From the IMG/VR virus record IMGVR_UViG_3300037467_000966: a stretch of DNA of 64,000 bases. The stretch is one strand, 5' to 3'. Below, one piece after another: positions 17,906 through 26,671 of this stretch. The notes under the pieces are model-generated. The model searched no databases. It had not been told where the DNA came from and worked only from the letters and a program-made list of their open reading frames with translations. The stretch's first letter is position 1. The number at the start of each line of letters is the position of its first letter. The DNA comes from a virus. Lineage: Duplodnaviria; Heunggongvirae; Uroviricota; Caudoviricetes. A program made the position numbers and the translations under genes.

Positions 17906-18294
17906 CTCAATCATCCATCCGTAAACACATCTCTCAAATGTCGCTGGAGGAAGTAGACTTCTTTACTTCACTGGTAAAGAGGAAGTCATGGATAATGAGT
18001 GGGCATGTACGTCAACAGATGGAAAAGCGCGGCGGTACTTTGTCTGATATTATTGAGGCCATTGAATATGGTAGCTTAATAGAATACCATTGTCGGAATG
18101 GACATAGTCGTTTACTGTTCCGCAGTGAGACACCGATACATAACTGGGTTCCATGTGTGGTAGTCGAGATAGCCTCTGAGCGTATCATCACTATCTTCTG
18201 GAATCATGTAAAGGATAATCACCGTACCATTGACATGAGCCGATACGATGAAGACTTGGATATTATCGCAATGTTCGAGGAGGAAGAAGAATGA
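17902..18294 (+). CDS. DUF4258-like protein (RelE/barnase-like fold)
   Basis: SGHVRQQMEKRG...DIIEAI..G.LIEY...R.L...VVV......IIT. Confidence 0.6.
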   Translation: MTQSSIRKHISQMSLEEVDFFTSLVKRKSWIMSGHVRQQMEKRGGTLSDIIEAIEYGSLIEYHCRNGHSRLLFRSETPIHNWVPCVVVEIASERIITIFWNHVKDNHRTIDMSRYDEDLDIIAMFEEEEE

Positions 18295-18485
18295 AGGAAT
18301 CTACTGGAATCATACTATGGGTTTTAACAACCATGATTATGACGGCTATTGTAGTTGGCTTTACTTATTTAGCAGTAGGAAAGATTCCGATGGTAGTACT
18401 TGTTGCAACCATCATCTATGAGGGCGCGATGGTCGCTGCTCTATGGGCGTTCTATAATTATGTATTGATTGATAAAAGTAAATAA
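18291..18485 (+). CDS. Two-TM membrane protein
   Basis: Two hydrophobic segments. Confidence 0.65.
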   Translation: MKESTGIILWVLTTMIMTAIVVGFTYLAVGKIPMVVLVATIIYEGAMVAALWAFYNYVLIDKSK

Positions 18486-18490
18486 TAACA

Positions 18491-18540
18491 GAGAAGCAGC
18501 CTACCGTCCCAAGTAAGCTGCTTTTCTAATCGTATTTTTT
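18491..18540. terminator. Terminator between convergent genes
   Basis: AGAGAAGCAGC...GCTGCTTTTCT stem followed by T tracts. Confidence 0.65.
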
Positions 18541-18568
18541 ATGAATTGGTTGTTAGTGTTATTATCTT

Positions 18569-18760
18569 CTATCGGTGAATCCCTGAGTAAGCCATTGCAC
18601 AAAGACGTTTGGTAATCTCCCCGCCAACGGAACCGTTAGCACGAGCAGTTGATTCCGCTCCGAGCTGGACTCCAAACTCTGAGGCAATTTCAAACTTCAT
18701 TTGGTTAAGAGCAGATTCAACACCAGGAACAATCAAACTATTTCGGTTGTTAGATGCCAT
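18569..18760 (-). CDS. ssp: Small acid-soluble spore protein, alpha/beta type
   Basis: VPG...[18 protein letters not shown]...[16 protein letters not shown]; ATG 18760 after GGAGGT. Confidence 0.95.
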   Translation of the reverse strand: MASNNRNSLIVPGVESALNQMKFEIASEFGVQLGAESTARANGSVGGEITKRLCAMAYSGIHR

Positions 18761-18808
18761 GTTATCCACCTCCTTTAAGTTATGTTGTCCAGAGGTGGCG
18801 GCTCTATC

Positions 18809-19672
18809 CTAAAATAGCTCTTCCAAATTATAGCTGTTTATAACAGGATGACAAATATCACGGTAATCACAATAGCGACATTCAAAAGAAGTAGGTTGAT
18901 ATTCGCGGTCAGGTAAAGTCCCATTATCAATATGATGAATAACGAACTCAATGTCCGCCACGATTTCATCCACAATCGCTTGGTTATATGTGACATAATA
19001 ATACTTTTGGTCTTGGGTGTTTTTGTTTTCATAGTAGACTAGCCCTGCCCGTATCCCTGTCAGAAAGAAGTAGAGCTGTAACTGCATCTCATGTTTCTTA
19101 TCTGGCTTTGTCTTTGGGATGTAGTCATTGTAGCTTTTCTCTTTTGCTGATTTAAACTCAACAATTAAAACATCAGAAGCAAGACCTTCATATACTAACT
19201 CTTCTCCAGTTTCATTTCCCTCTTCATCATAGACAGGCTTGTATAGCTTAATCACCTTGTCATCCTCAATGACATCGTCGGGTTTCTTCATGAAGTTCCA
19301 AACGATAGCGTCGCTTCGTCCTGATATGCGAAGCTTCTCATCTTTTAGTTTTAGTTCGGGCGCAATCATGATTCCCATTCTCTCGAAGGTCGCTTCCATT
19401 CTTTCATGAAAGTAAGTACCGTTATCAAGGATTAGGATGTTTCTTCCTTGCTTAGGCTTACCTGGGTAACCCATCATTTGATAAGCAATCAGACGCTTGC
19501 ATTTCCCTACTGATGATGGATAGAACTTTCCAATCCTTCCATCTTCATAACGCTTTTGCTGATTAGCTTGGTCTTCTTCCACAAGGAATTGATGCACCAT
19601 ATCAACGAGATTCATATCCCCATACTTCTCGTTAATCTTTTGAATCTCTTTTCGAATCTGTGCTGTATCCAA
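18809..19672 (-). CDS. Cas4-like PD-(D/E)XK exonuclease
   Basis: YPSSVGKCKR, GTYFHE, GRSDAIV, VEFKS, QLQLY, CRYCDYRDIC. Confidence 0.85.
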   Translation of the reverse strand: MDTAQIRKEIQKINEKYGDMNLVDMVHQFLVEEDQANQQKRYEDGRIGKFYPSSVGKCKRLIAYQMMGYPGKPKQGRNILILDNGTYFHERMEATFERMGIMIAPELKLKDEKLRISGRSDAIVWNFMKKPDDVIEDDKVIKLYKPVYDEEGNETGEELVYEGLASDVLIVEFKSAKEKSYNDYIPKTKPDKKHEMQLQLYFFLTGIRAGLVYYENKNTQDQKYYYVTYNQAIVDEIVADIEFVIHHIDNGTLPDREYQPTSFECRYCDYRDICHPVINSYNLEELF

Positions 19673-19742
19673 CCGAATTCCTCCCGATTCTATTGATTTA
19701 TCTATGTTAAATGCTTATATTACCGTAAGAATACTCCACCTT

Positions 19743-19772
19743 ATTATAGCATGGCAAATGTCATAAAGTCAA
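19743..19772 (-). promoter_or_regulatory. Sigma-A promoter of Cas4-like gene with TTATGACAT in spacer
   Basis: TTGACT-18-TG.TATAAT on - strand. Confidence 0.75.
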
Positions 19773-19790
19773 AGGAGGTTAAGGTAACAC

Positions 19791-20177
19791 ATGGCATATA
19801 AGAAACAGTACAATAATGCTGACCGTGACGATGGTGTAAGAGGAGAACTCCTCAAGGCCAAGGACAATGAAGCTGCTCTCGCGAAGCTCGATGGGATGAG
19901 CAAACCAGTCCTCAATGGAGATGGTAACCCACCTGCCAAGAGTCAATGGAGCACAGGCCGCGGCTGCCCTAAGTGTAAACATCAAATGGCTTTCAAGGAA
20001 ATCACGAAGTCTGGACAGACTGTTGTGTTCTGTCATAACTGTCATAGAGAATGGTATGCTGCAGACCTTGAGAACACAACCAAGAATGGTGACTTCATCC
20101 ACCGCGATATTCCTGATGAACTCATCCTACGCTACATGATGGCGAACGATGCACGCCTTAAATTAGAAGGCAAATAA
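19791..20177 (+). CDS. Zn-ribbon hypothetical protein
   Basis: CPKC...CHNC; GGAGGT RBS. Confidence 0.7.
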   Translation: MAYKKQYNNADRDDGVRGELLKAKDNEAALAKLDGMSKPVLNGDGNPPAKSQWSTGRGCPKCKHQMAFKEITKSGQTVVFCHNCHREWYAADLENTTKNGDFIHRDIPDELILRYMMANDARLKLEGK

Positions 20178-20229
20178 AGCTTGACGAATGTTCCTCCTAG
20201 TGGATAAAAATGAGCTAGGGGGAATTATT

Positions 20230-20565
20230 TTGAAACAGATGATTAGAGAAATTGCAGAGAGCTATCTGTATTACATTGCTTGCCTAGTTGTTTACTTCAT
20301 TCTTGTCCACTTTCATGTTCGCCCATACTATCCGCAAAAGCATTTTGGTTTCTGGACTATCATGCTGACGATTGCGGTGACTATGTATGGCGGAGGCTTC
20401 CTTATTAAGAAGTATGAGAGGTATCTTCTAAAGAGAGATGCTATCAACATACTAAGGGAACAGGGGTACAAGAAATCAGATATAGAGAAGATAGAAATCT
20501 TTCGTGATGGTGATGATGAAGTAGTAGAGATTACATTAAAAGATGACCAGGGGGAAAAGAAATGA
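20230..20565 (+). CDS. Two-TM membrane protein
   Basis: TTG after GGGGG RBS; two hydrophobic helices. Confidence 0.6.
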   Translation: MKQMIREIAESYLYYIACLVVYFILVHFHVRPYYPQKHFGFWTIMLTIAVTMYGGGFLIKKYERYLLKRDAINILREQGYKKSDIEKIEIFRDGDDEVVEITLKDDQGEKK

Positions 20566-20942
20566 ATCCAGAATACCAATTCAAAGTAGAGAAGCTTACA
20601 GACAAAGAGAAGATTGTAGATGGGTTATTAAGCTCAGGACACATTGTAGCATGTGAGCAGAAGTTTGGTCACTATGAAATCTCTGTGTATGGCAAACAAA
20701 CTGTAAGTGGCAAGGGCGGTAAGCCAACTGATTGGTTTGAAAAGAATACAACACCAGCCATTATTAAGACGCCTTACTATCCACCAACGACTGCTTACTT
20801 TGGTACTGGTTCAATTACTACGACTCCAGGTTATACAACAACTGTCATGAATTGTAATGTTTCAGAAGAAGCGGACTTGGAAAAGATTAAAGATGCGATT
20901 ACTAAAGCTGTGGAATTCGGAACAAGAGAGGTAATGGAATAG
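20562..20942 (+). CDS. Hypothetical protein
   Basis: ATGA overlap. Confidence 0.65.
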   Translation: MNPEYQFKVEKLTDKEKIVDGLLSSGHIVACEQKFGHYEISVYGKQTVSGKGGKPTDWFEKNTTPAIIKTPYYPPTTAYFGTGSITTTPGYTTTVMNCNVSEEADLEKIKDAITKAVEFGTREVME

Positions 20943-21133
20943 TGGGAGAATTCAATTTCAGCGACATCGTATATGTGCCAATTAAATGTGAAGATTGCAA
21001 GAAGGAAGGCCAAGCGCCTACCCTCAAGCAAATCTTAGATAATAAAGAAACCAAGCTAAGCCAAACTTTAGAAGAGCTTGGATACATCCCTGTTACATGT
21101 GGATGTGCAAACGAAGAGACCACGGAAGAATAA
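20942..21133 (+). CDS. Small Cys-containing hypothetical protein
   Basis: CEDC...CGC; overlapped start; terminator follows. Confidence 0.55.
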   Translation: MGEFNFSDIVYVPIKCEDCKKEGQAPTLKQILDNKETKLSQTLEELGYIPVTCGCANEETTEE

Positions 21134-21146
21134 CCGTGGCTCTTTT

Positions 21147-22217
21147 TTATTGGGCAGTTAGTGCCTCCAATTGTTTTCCAATGTATCGTGTGACGATGTT
21201 TACACCAGTACCAGTACCAACAAATGTGACTGTTCCATCCACTCTGTTTGCTCCAAACTCTTCCCATGGTGCATTGATAGTGAAGTCTGTATTAGCAATC
21301 GCAAGAAGAATATCTTCTTCGCTTACTCCAGCAAACTTGGATAGGTAAATGAATCGTGCGATACCTTGGATGACCGCGGACTTATTCATCACATACTTTT
21401 TGTGGTCATTTAAATCGTCAGGTAAAACCTCAAACACTTTATTGAATGTGCTTTCTACATAAGCTCTTACTTCATCATAGTTTTCTTCGTTCAATACATC
21501 ATCAGAAGCAGACTTATCTGTTCCAGTTAAGAGATAGCTTACAGAGTTAGTAAGGATAGAAAGCAAGAATGTGTTTGGATTCGCATCAGTCAATCTTGTC
21601 TTCTCCATCTCTACGCCATACTTTGTGAAGTACTCATTGTTAGTGGCAAGATACTTTGCAACTCTTGTGTAAAGATTTGTCTGATTAAATTTCAAGCTTA
21701 CTGACCTTGTTGGGCGCTTAGCCAATTGGTTCAAGTCATGGAATAACTGGCGCTCCATATCTTCTGTAATCCCTGCAAAGATAACCACTGGTATCTGCAT
21801 GTTCTTTAGAGCCTCCAGCTTGCGCGAGATTAAGAATTTCTTACGCTTGTCTTCCTCTGCCTTCAGTTCTTTCTCAAGGACGCTGATGGCTCTTACAATC
21901 CCTTTAAAGCGATGCTGCCCATCATTAACAGAAAGTATACTTTCAATATCAATAGAAACTTCTTCCTTCTGATGATTGTAAAGAATGTCACCACGACAAG
22001 TAGTTGTAATAGATGTAAGGAAGCTCATGTTGTCTTCTCTCAATCCTTTTAACACATACTTGGAAATGCTGATAACCTTTTCTCTATCAATGTTACGTTG
22101 CACCTCTTTGAAGACCGCTAAGAATTCCTGTAACTCATGGAACTTTAATGTGATGTTGTAAAATTTACGTCCGAATTGCGTTCCCTCTGTGCCACTTAAT
22201 TTAACATATGTTGCCAT
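21147..22217 (-). CDS. DGQHR-domain protein (DndB-like, ParB superfamily)
   Basis: VQRNID, SVNDGQHR, ERQLFHDLN; start set to ATG 22217 after GGAGGT. Confidence 0.88.
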   Translation of the reverse strand: MATYVKLSGTEGTQFGRKFYNITLKFHELQEFLAVFKEVQRNIDREKVISISKYVLKGLREDNMSFLTSITTTCRGDILYNHQKEEVSIDIESILSVNDGQHRFKGIVRAISVLEKELKAEEDKRKKFLISRKLEALKNMQIPVVIFAGITEDMERQLFHDLNQLAKRPTRSVSLKFNQTNLYTRVAKYLATNNEYFTKYGVEMEKTRLTDANPNTFLLSILTNSVSYLLTGTDKSASDDVLNEENYDEVRAYVESTFNKVFEVLPDDLNDHKKYVMNKSAVIQGIARFIYLSKFAGVSEEDILLAIANTDFTINAPWEEFGANRVDGTVTFVGTGTGVNIVTRYIGKQLEALTAQ

Positions 22218-22337
22218 ACCAATTACCTCCTGATTGTTTTGCGTTAGCAATGATTTTATTATAAACATACACGATAAGTTTTAACCCTAGGCAAAAAAAT
22301 AAATCATTTTTCTATTAGCCAAAGGTATTTACAATAC

Positions 22338-22364
22338 AAAAAAAGAGGAGTAAGAATACTCCTC
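22338..22364 (-). terminator. Intrinsic terminator after NlpC/P60 gene
   Basis: GAGGAGTA-TTCT-TACTCCTC then T7. Confidence 0.8.
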
Positions 22365-22962
22365 ATGGCAATAACAACTTCTGTCCTACATAAATCGTAG
22401 TGGAAGTCATATTATTTTTCTGCTGGATAGCAGAGACAGTTGTGTGGAATTTCTGGCTTATGCCCCATAGTGTGTCGCCAGAAACTACCGTGTACGTAGC
22501 TACTGATGTTTGTGTTTCAAGAACTCTCCGTGCCTGCACAAGGTAATTCCCCCAGTAGTAATGAGTGTCAGCAAACGCAACACCTGTAGAAGACTGAGCG
22601 CCAAGCATATAATACGGAGAGACGTAAATAGAAACATGGTCAACGACACCATCCCTATTTATGTCGAAGAACAGTAGGTCTCCTTTTTGCAGATTATTGA
22701 CAGAGACTTGAGTTCCTACTTTAGCTTGGTCTCGGCTTACTCTTGGTAAGGTAACACCATTCTGTGCATATATATACTCTGTAAAGGAAGAACAATCAAA
22801 GCTTGATACATTTCCATATACAGCACCGTATGAGTACGGAACCCCCAAATACTTCTCCCCTGTATTAACAATGTCATCCCCTGTTGCTGCTGATGCAGCG
22901 TAAGCGCCGACGTTCATCGACAACAGTATGGCACCTGCAAGAGCTAGTATTTTGGCTTTCAT
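22363..22962 (-). CDS. Secreted NlpC/P60 peptidoglycan endopeptidase with C-terminal LysM
   Basis: Signal peptide; YLGVPY, FDCSSF, GDLLFF, DHVSIY; LysM YTVVSGDTLWGIS...IYVGQKL. Confidence 0.92.
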   Translation of the reverse strand: MKAKILALAGAILLSMNVGAYAASAATGDDIVNTGEKYLGVPYSYGAVYGNVSSFDCSSFTEYIYAQNGVTLPRVSRDQAKVGTQVSVNNLQKGDLLFFDINRDGVVDHVSIYVSPYYMLGAQSSTGVAFADTHYYWGNYLVQARRVLETQTSVATYTVVSGDTLWGISQKFHTTVSAIQQKNNMTSTTIYVGQKLLLP

Positions 22963-23057
22963 GACAACACTCCTATCTTAAGTTATGTACTCACTAACCA
23001 TAACCCGAAGTCAATTCGGTTGTCATTGCGAAAATGTTGCCAAGAATATTACGAATA

Positions 23058-23675
23058 TTACTTTTTCTTTACACCAATCTCTTCTAAGTGTTTGTCCAAT
23101 ATCCAGCGGATACTGCTGACACTACGATTGAATACCTTGGCTACCTGTGGGCGGGAGTAACCTTGGTCAAGTAATTCAATGGCACGTTTCTTTTCTTCCT
23201 CTGTCCAGCGCTTGCGCGTAACAGGCTTCTCATAATCAAGCTGTCGTTGCTTTGCCACCCATTCTGGTTCAGGCGGAATGCTATCCATCTCAATGAGATA
23301 GAAGTTTAACTTGTCACGATTCTTCTCTGCCCACTTCCAAAACTTATAAGGGTCAATCATCCAGCGATGGGCTTCCCTATTCTTATAAGTTAACTGAGGC
23401 TTCTTAGCAGGAAGTCCATCTTCATTAATCAGCTTGATGATGTAAGACTTGTTTCGCTTCACTAATCGAGCCAGCTCAGCGGCTGTCATCATCCCTGTGT
23501 GCAATAGCATGTCTGTTGTATCCAATTCCCTTAGGCGATTCTCAACGGCCCTTGGAGACCGCTTTAACTTGCTTCCAATGAAATTAAATCCTGCTTGTCC
23601 TGCCATCTCTAATATGATTTCATCTTCTTCTTTTGTCCATGTACAGTTGTCTCTTTCTGGTCTCTTCTTAGCCAT
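23058..23675 (-). CDS. DNA-binding protein with two Myb/HTH-like repeats
   Basis: WTKEEDEII...RSPRAV and WTEEEKKRA...RSVSSI. Confidence 0.65.
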   Translation of the reverse strand: MAKKRPERDNCTWTKEEDEIILEMAGQAGFNFIGSKLKRSPRAVENRLRELDTTDMLLHTGMMTAAELARLVKRNKSYIIKLINEDGLPAKKPQLTYKNREAHRWMIDPYKFWKWAEKNRDKLNFYLIEMDSIPPEPEWVAKQRQLDYEKPVTRKRWTEEEKKRAIELLDQGYSRPQVAKVFNRSVSSIRWILDKHLEEIGVKKK

Positions 23676-23686
23676 TGAGATACCTC

Positions 23687-24127
23687 CTATTTCTTTTTCT
23701 TTGGTGCGGCAACTTTCCTTACCTTTGGCTTCTCTTCTACATAGTCATGCGGCACTAAGCTTCTTCCATATCTTCCAATGAAGTGTTCAAAGTCATCATT
23801 GAAATTTGATAGGGTATCTTTCTTATGATACCAAAGCTGTCTGAATGCAGTTGTAACAATTTGCGGCGGGTAATCTTCTAATCGAATAAAGAAAGCAGAG
23901 CCACTTGACTCTCCACCTCCACCTACAATATTGTAGTAAGGAAGTTTCTTTGCTTCTTCTGGATACTTCTCAAGAAGCTCTACCAGTCTTACGCATATCC
24001 TATCATACTTATGGTCATCAATAATGCTTTCATCCAGTGCGTAGTAAAGATAACCATGGACAAGGAACTGCTGTATCCTCATCCATAGTTCTTCAAGTTC
24101 AGTTTGCTGATACGCCATAGCGCTCAC
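23687..24127 (-). CDS. Stand-alone NAD-dependent DNA ligase domain Ia-like protein
   Basis: YLYYALDESIIDDHKYDRI matches the LigA Ia Y-Y/H..D.....D..YD motif; no KxDG core. Confidence 0.7.
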   Translation of the reverse strand: MSAMAYQQTELEELWMRIQQFLVHGYLYYALDESIIDDHKYDRICVRLVELLEKYPEEAKKLPYYNIVGGGGESSGSAFFIRLEDYPPQIVTTAFRQLWYHKKDTLSNFNDDFEHFIGRYGRSLVPHDYVEEKPKVRKVAAPKKKK

Positions 24128-24617
24128 TCATTTCTTTGATGACTTTTTCTGCATTAGCCATCTTGCCAATCTGACGAGCATGTTTGCGAATCTCTGATGA
24201 CATTAAACGAAATGATTTCTGATGAACATGAACCTTAATCTTATGCTGTGGCAATTCATCAATCTTTGTTCCTTCATGGTAGTGTTCTTCTGGGGACTTT
24301 CTTTCTCCAGCATAAACACTATCATAATCATTCAGGCAAATCATTAGAGTCTGCTGTGTCTGATATACTTCTTGTTCAACATGGTAGAAAAGGTGAGGAA
24401 CTTTGTTAATCAGCTTCCCTACCCACTTGCGAACCTCAGGCATCTCCCAAAGCTCTACTGATGTATCATCGTAACCGTGGAATGCAATGGCTACTCTTTG
24501 GAAAGTATCAACGCCAGCGCTTTCTAGTTTGCTGATTGCCTTTTGAATATCTAAAACTCTTCCTTCATCCACCATATCTTTTGTAACAATCATTGAATAC
24601 ATGCTGCCTTTACTCAT
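24099..24617 (-). CDS. CRR6/DUF1817-like domain protein
   Basis: FHGYDD..VELWEMPEVRKW...L...PHLFY. Confidence 0.55.
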   Translation of the reverse strand: MSKGSMYSMIVTKDMVDEGRVLDIQKAISKLESAGVDTFQRVAIAFHGYDDTSVELWEMPEVRKWVGKLINKVPHLFYHVEQEVYQTQQTLMICLNDYDSVYAGERKSPEEHYHEGTKIDELPQHKIKVHVHQKSFRLMSSEIRKHARQIGKMANAEKVIKEMSERYGVSAN

Positions 24618-24629
24618 CCAACATCCTCC

Positions 24630-25421
24630 TTAACTGTCAAAACCGAATACGATGCGGACATCGCTTCCGTCTATATTATCCGCCAGCTCTTTCAGTTTGT
24701 CCATAGAATCAAACCAGTAAGTGCCGACGGCGTCACGGTAGCTCTCGTGCCAGGAAACTCTTGTATAATAAGTCTTTCCTTCTTCGCGCTCTTTCTTTCC
24801 TGCAATCAGGTCTTCCATCTCTTGCTGTGTAATCTTAATAATATTCTGACCCCATACATCACCTGAGTAATGCTTAGGCTCCCCTTCTTCTTTGAAGACC
24901 TTGTATTCTTCTTCGCTGACTGTACCATATTGAGTGGTCACTTGGTCCCAGTCATACTGGATAAGTTCATCCAATCCTACGTAGCTCATGCTGTGATAGC
25001 CGCCGTCTTCTTTTAAGTAGTCTTCTACTTCTTCTGAAATGTCATCAGGAAGACCACGAGGAGTATCAATGGAATTGAATCCCTCTCCTGTTTCGACACC
25101 AGCAAATCCACGACCATTGCGTACATCAGCTAGGATGGCAAACAAATCATAGTTGCGTCCATCATATACCCAACCTTCATACACCTTCGGTGCGTTCCAA
25201 TCGAATTCCCATCGGCGGGTAATCCCTTTTAATGCTTCGCCAGATGCAATGTCCGCAGCCAACTTCTCGTGTTCCTCAGCAGCTTCTATTCTGCCGTTCT
25301 CGCGGTCACGTTCTGCCCATGCTTTATACATAGCAACGCGTGGGTTCGGTCCTGCTACACCTTCCCAATAGCCGTGTTCTGAATTGTACTTCTCAACAAA
25401 CATATGAATATCTGTGCCCAT
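24630..25421 (-). CDS. Conserved phage hypothetical protein
   Basis: MG.DIH..VE, RNY.LFA.LA.VRNG, PRGLP.D, HS.S...L.EL, VRIVFGFDS. Confidence 0.75.
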   Translation of the reverse strand: MGTDIHMFVEKYNSEHGYWEGVAGPNPRVAMYKAWAERDRENGRIEAAEEHEKLAADIASGEALKGITRRWEFDWNAPKVYEGWVYDGRNYDLFAILADVRNGRGFAGVETGEGFNSIDTPRGLPDDISEEVEDYLKEDGGYHSMSYVGLDELIQYDWDQVTTQYGTVSEEEYKVFKEEGEPKHYSGDVWGQNIIKITQQEMEDLIAGKKEREEGKTYYTRVSWHESYRDAVGTYWFDSMDKLKELADNIDGSDVRIVFGFDS

Positions 25422-25546
25422 TATTCTTTTACCTCCTTAAGTATTTCAATTGCTTTTCTGAATTCATCTGCTACATCACTGTCGCCATCACCATCAAGTT
25501 CTATACTGTGGAGGATAGCTTCCAGTTCCTCAATGACATGAAACAT
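25421..25546 (-). CDS. 41-aa acidic protein (not in ORF track)
   Basis: TAATG coupling at both ends. Confidence 0.55.
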   Translation of the reverse strand: MFHVIEELEAILHSIELDGDGDSDVADEFRKAIEILKEVKE

Positions 25547-25920
25547 TATTCTTCCTCCTTCTTCTTTCTGTTTGCTTTGTTTCCTCTTGTAAAGTTTCTA
25601 ATGTCTGGTTCCATACCAAATGGTGTCCATGGTGCAGGCTTTCCATTGATTAATGTAATGGCAAGAGCACCAGCATCAAAAGCTTCCTTAATATATTCTT
25701 CTGGTGTCTTCTCTTCAGTGTAGTCCTCTAAGTTTTCTGAGTAACAATTCTCACACATGAAAGTTCCATGTTCGAAGCTAGGGTTTTCAAAGTTCTCACT
25801 CTTCCACCATTGGAACTCCCCTTTATAATCTACCAATGCATCGCAGTCAACCTTTGCTGGCTGAATGAACTGGTCTGATATGTGTCCACAATCTGTACAC
25901 TTTTGCTTCGGTGTATTCAT
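25546..25920 (-). CDS. Zn-finger hypothetical protein
   Basis: CTDC...CENC. Confidence 0.65.
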   Translation of the reverse strand: MNTPKQKCTDCGHISDQFIQPAKVDCDALVDYKGEFQWWKSENFENPSFEHGTFMCENCYSENLEDYTEEKTPEEYIKEAFDAGALAITLINGKPAPWTPFGMEPDIRNFTRGNKANRKKKEEE

Positions 25921-26252
25921 TATTCTTCCTCCTTATAATCATCAAAGTCAATATCGTTTGGGACTTCTTGCGGGTCGTTCTCAGGGTTAAAATCTTCCTC
26001 TCCTTCGTAATCCATATCTTCTTCTGTATAGAAGTAGTAACCTTCATCTTCGCATGTATAATAATACGTTTTAAACCATTCGCCGCTGCTATCCCATGGA
26101 GCTTCGTCTTTTCTATTGATAGTGTCGATTAAATCTTGCACACCTTCAATGAACGTTTCTCCATAAGCAAATGATTCTACATCAGCTGGCACCCACTTCA
26201 CACTTACACATTGCAAATCAAATCTCACTGCTGGATTCTTCTTCGTCATCAT
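25920..26252 (-). CDS. Acidic hypothetical protein
   Basis: Start moved to ATG 26252. Confidence 0.6.
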   Translation of the reverse strand: MMTKKNPAVRFDLQCVSVKWVPADVESFAYGETFIEGVQDLIDTINRKDEAPWDSSGEWFKTYYYTCEDEGYYFYTEEDMDYEGEEDFNPENDPQEVPNDIDFDDYKEEE

Positions 26253-26397
26253 ATTCACCTTCTTCGTCTTCTGTTGTGTACTGATATGTCCAGTCAGTAC
26301 CAGCATATTTAATTAATAGTTTTTCCAACTCATTTGCGAATTCATCATTCCTGCTTGCAGGTGTTCTTAAATTCATATGCTTAAAGTAGATATACAT
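26218..26397 (-). CDS. Hypothetical protein
   Basis: ATG 26397 after AAAGGAG. Confidence 0.6.
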   Translation of the reverse strand: MYIYFKHMNLRTPASRNDEFANELEKLLIKYAGTDWTYQYTTEDEEGEYDDEEESSSEI

Positions 26398-26415
26398 ATT
26401 GTCATCTCCTTTCAT

Positions 26416-26442
26416 AAAAAAAGAGAAGGCTTACGCCCTCTC
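26416..26442 (-). terminator. Intrinsic terminator directly upstream of an RBS
   Basis: GAGAGGGC-GTAA-GCCTTCTC then T7. Confidence 0.75.
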
Positions 26443-26661
26443 TGCTCTTCTTGGATATTTTTCACTGAGTATGCGCTCAGCATACCTCATGATATAGCCT
26501 TCTTCTTCCTCATCTTGAATGTCAACATGGTCGCTCCAATCCATAGCAATGTTGTGGCAGACCAATGCAACTTCATCCCAGTTGTCAAAAGGCTCAATTA
26601 GATTTTCTCCTTCAAGTATCCCTAACATGTAGGCTACTTTTGCTGAGGCTTCATTGAACAT
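26431..26661 (-). CDS. Hypothetical protein
   Basis: ATG 26661 after GGAGG. Confidence 0.6.
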   Translation of the reverse strand: MFNEASAKVAYMLGILEGENLIEPFDNWDEVALVCHNIAMDWSDHVDIQDEEEEGYIMRYAERILSEKYPRRAERA

Positions 26662-26671
26662 TCTGTCCCTC

